NCBI RefSeq assembly: GCF_000143415.4
Contig: NW_003314310.1
Location: forward strand, 862,611-926,610
Source of the DNA: Selaginella moellendorffii
Taxonomy: Eukaryota > Plantae > Lycopodiophyta
Direction of reading: 5' to 3'
DNA: 64,000 nt
Of the stretch, positions 63,156 to 64,000 are shown in pieces. Numbering within the stretch: the stretch's first letter is position 1; each line of letters starts with the position of its first letter. The notes beneath the pieces were generated by a model that saw only the letters and a list, made by a program, of their open reading frames with translations, was not told the origin of the DNA and searched no databases. A program made the translations under genes and the position numbers.

Positions 63156-64000
63156 TCAGACTGTTATTTTTTGCCTCCAATGCCTATACAATAATCTTGG
63201 AATTTCATCACTCTCCACACTATCAGGATTTAAACCCAATAGTAATGCCATCTCTTCTCTAATACGTCCACGCTCATGTTCAGTGGTCGAAGAACCCATC
63301 CGGTTGAGCAGATTATGGAGATGCGGATAGTGCTTGGCTAGACAATATACATGCCATAAATGATGACTGGTGTCTGTCCGATCAAATGGCTTCTGATATA
63401 CCGTTCCATCTGCCATTTGGTTGATTTCTGCAGCCACCTCCTAGACTGGCCAGTTCTCTATCACCATCGCTTCAAGCCGTTTTGCAAGGTCCCCCAGAAC
63501 ATACGGTTTCTTCTCCCTAGTTTCCATACTGCAAGAGATGGGGTGCACTGCATATGTGTGCGTGTTTGCTGCAGTTTTAATCGGCGAGTCATCGATGATG
63601 AGGATTTCACTTGACCTAGCAGTCCGGTTCATCACTACAGCCTCTGCCTTGACGAAGATGGGCTTGCTACCCCTCACATGGACCATAGTCAAGCAATCCT
63701 CCTGCGTTAGGAGAAAGTCAAATGGTAATATTACTCGCGTCTGATCGTGCATCATCTGTAGCAACGTTAATGCATTGTGGCGCATCATGGATGTCCAAAC
63801 TCCCAATTGCAAATTGAACCCGGCCCTCTGTTTTAAGTGTCGCATGGTCATTATTAGATCCCGCAGTTTCTCCCGTGTGATTAATGTGAATCTGTCTCTT
63901 TTGACCAACTTGCGACCGCAGGCTTTGGAGGGTGCAGTGACATTCGAGGACGAGCCACGCTCATGGGAGAAAAGGACACCGTTCAGATCAAAAACGATAC
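63156..64000 (-). CDS. FCP1/NIF-like HAD-fold domain ORF with DLNG motif; 5' end beyond right edge; in-frame TAG at 63441-63443
   Basis: IVFDLNGVLF, LGVWTSMMRHNA, LLTQEDC, KPIFVK, ILIIDDSPIKTAAN. The same frame continues about 94 codons past the stop. Confidence 0.7.

Overview
Compact land-plant nuclear DNA. Very short GT-AG introns, dense genes, intronless PLS-class PPR genes and a cyanovirin-N homologue fit a lycophyte such as Selaginella (inference). 1-20 kb is gene-dense: AAA ATPase, PPR, plastid EF-P, PPR, adenosine kinase, SAP30/AFR-like HDAC subunit, HDA19-like deacetylase, secreted CVNH lectin, an uncharacterised protein with an Rpn13/Pru-like domain, and a LEA_1 gene with an ABRE promoter. 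About 21-45 kb and 52-62.7 kb are nested LTR retroelements: a decayed Ty3/gypsy chromovirus, a chimeric non-coding LARD-like derivative, a second decayed gypsy, solo LTRs, and a second LTR family carrying minisatellites. 45-52 kb holds tRNA and gene relics, a third PPR and a DUF1853-like pseudogene. An FCP1/NIF-like ORF runs off the right edge. The most striking unexplained signal is a roughly 1.1 kb densely base-paired region (3' UTR + PPT + U3) shared by the coding and non-coding family A elements, with compensatory substitutions between copies. All calls were made by eye; no searches or folding were run.
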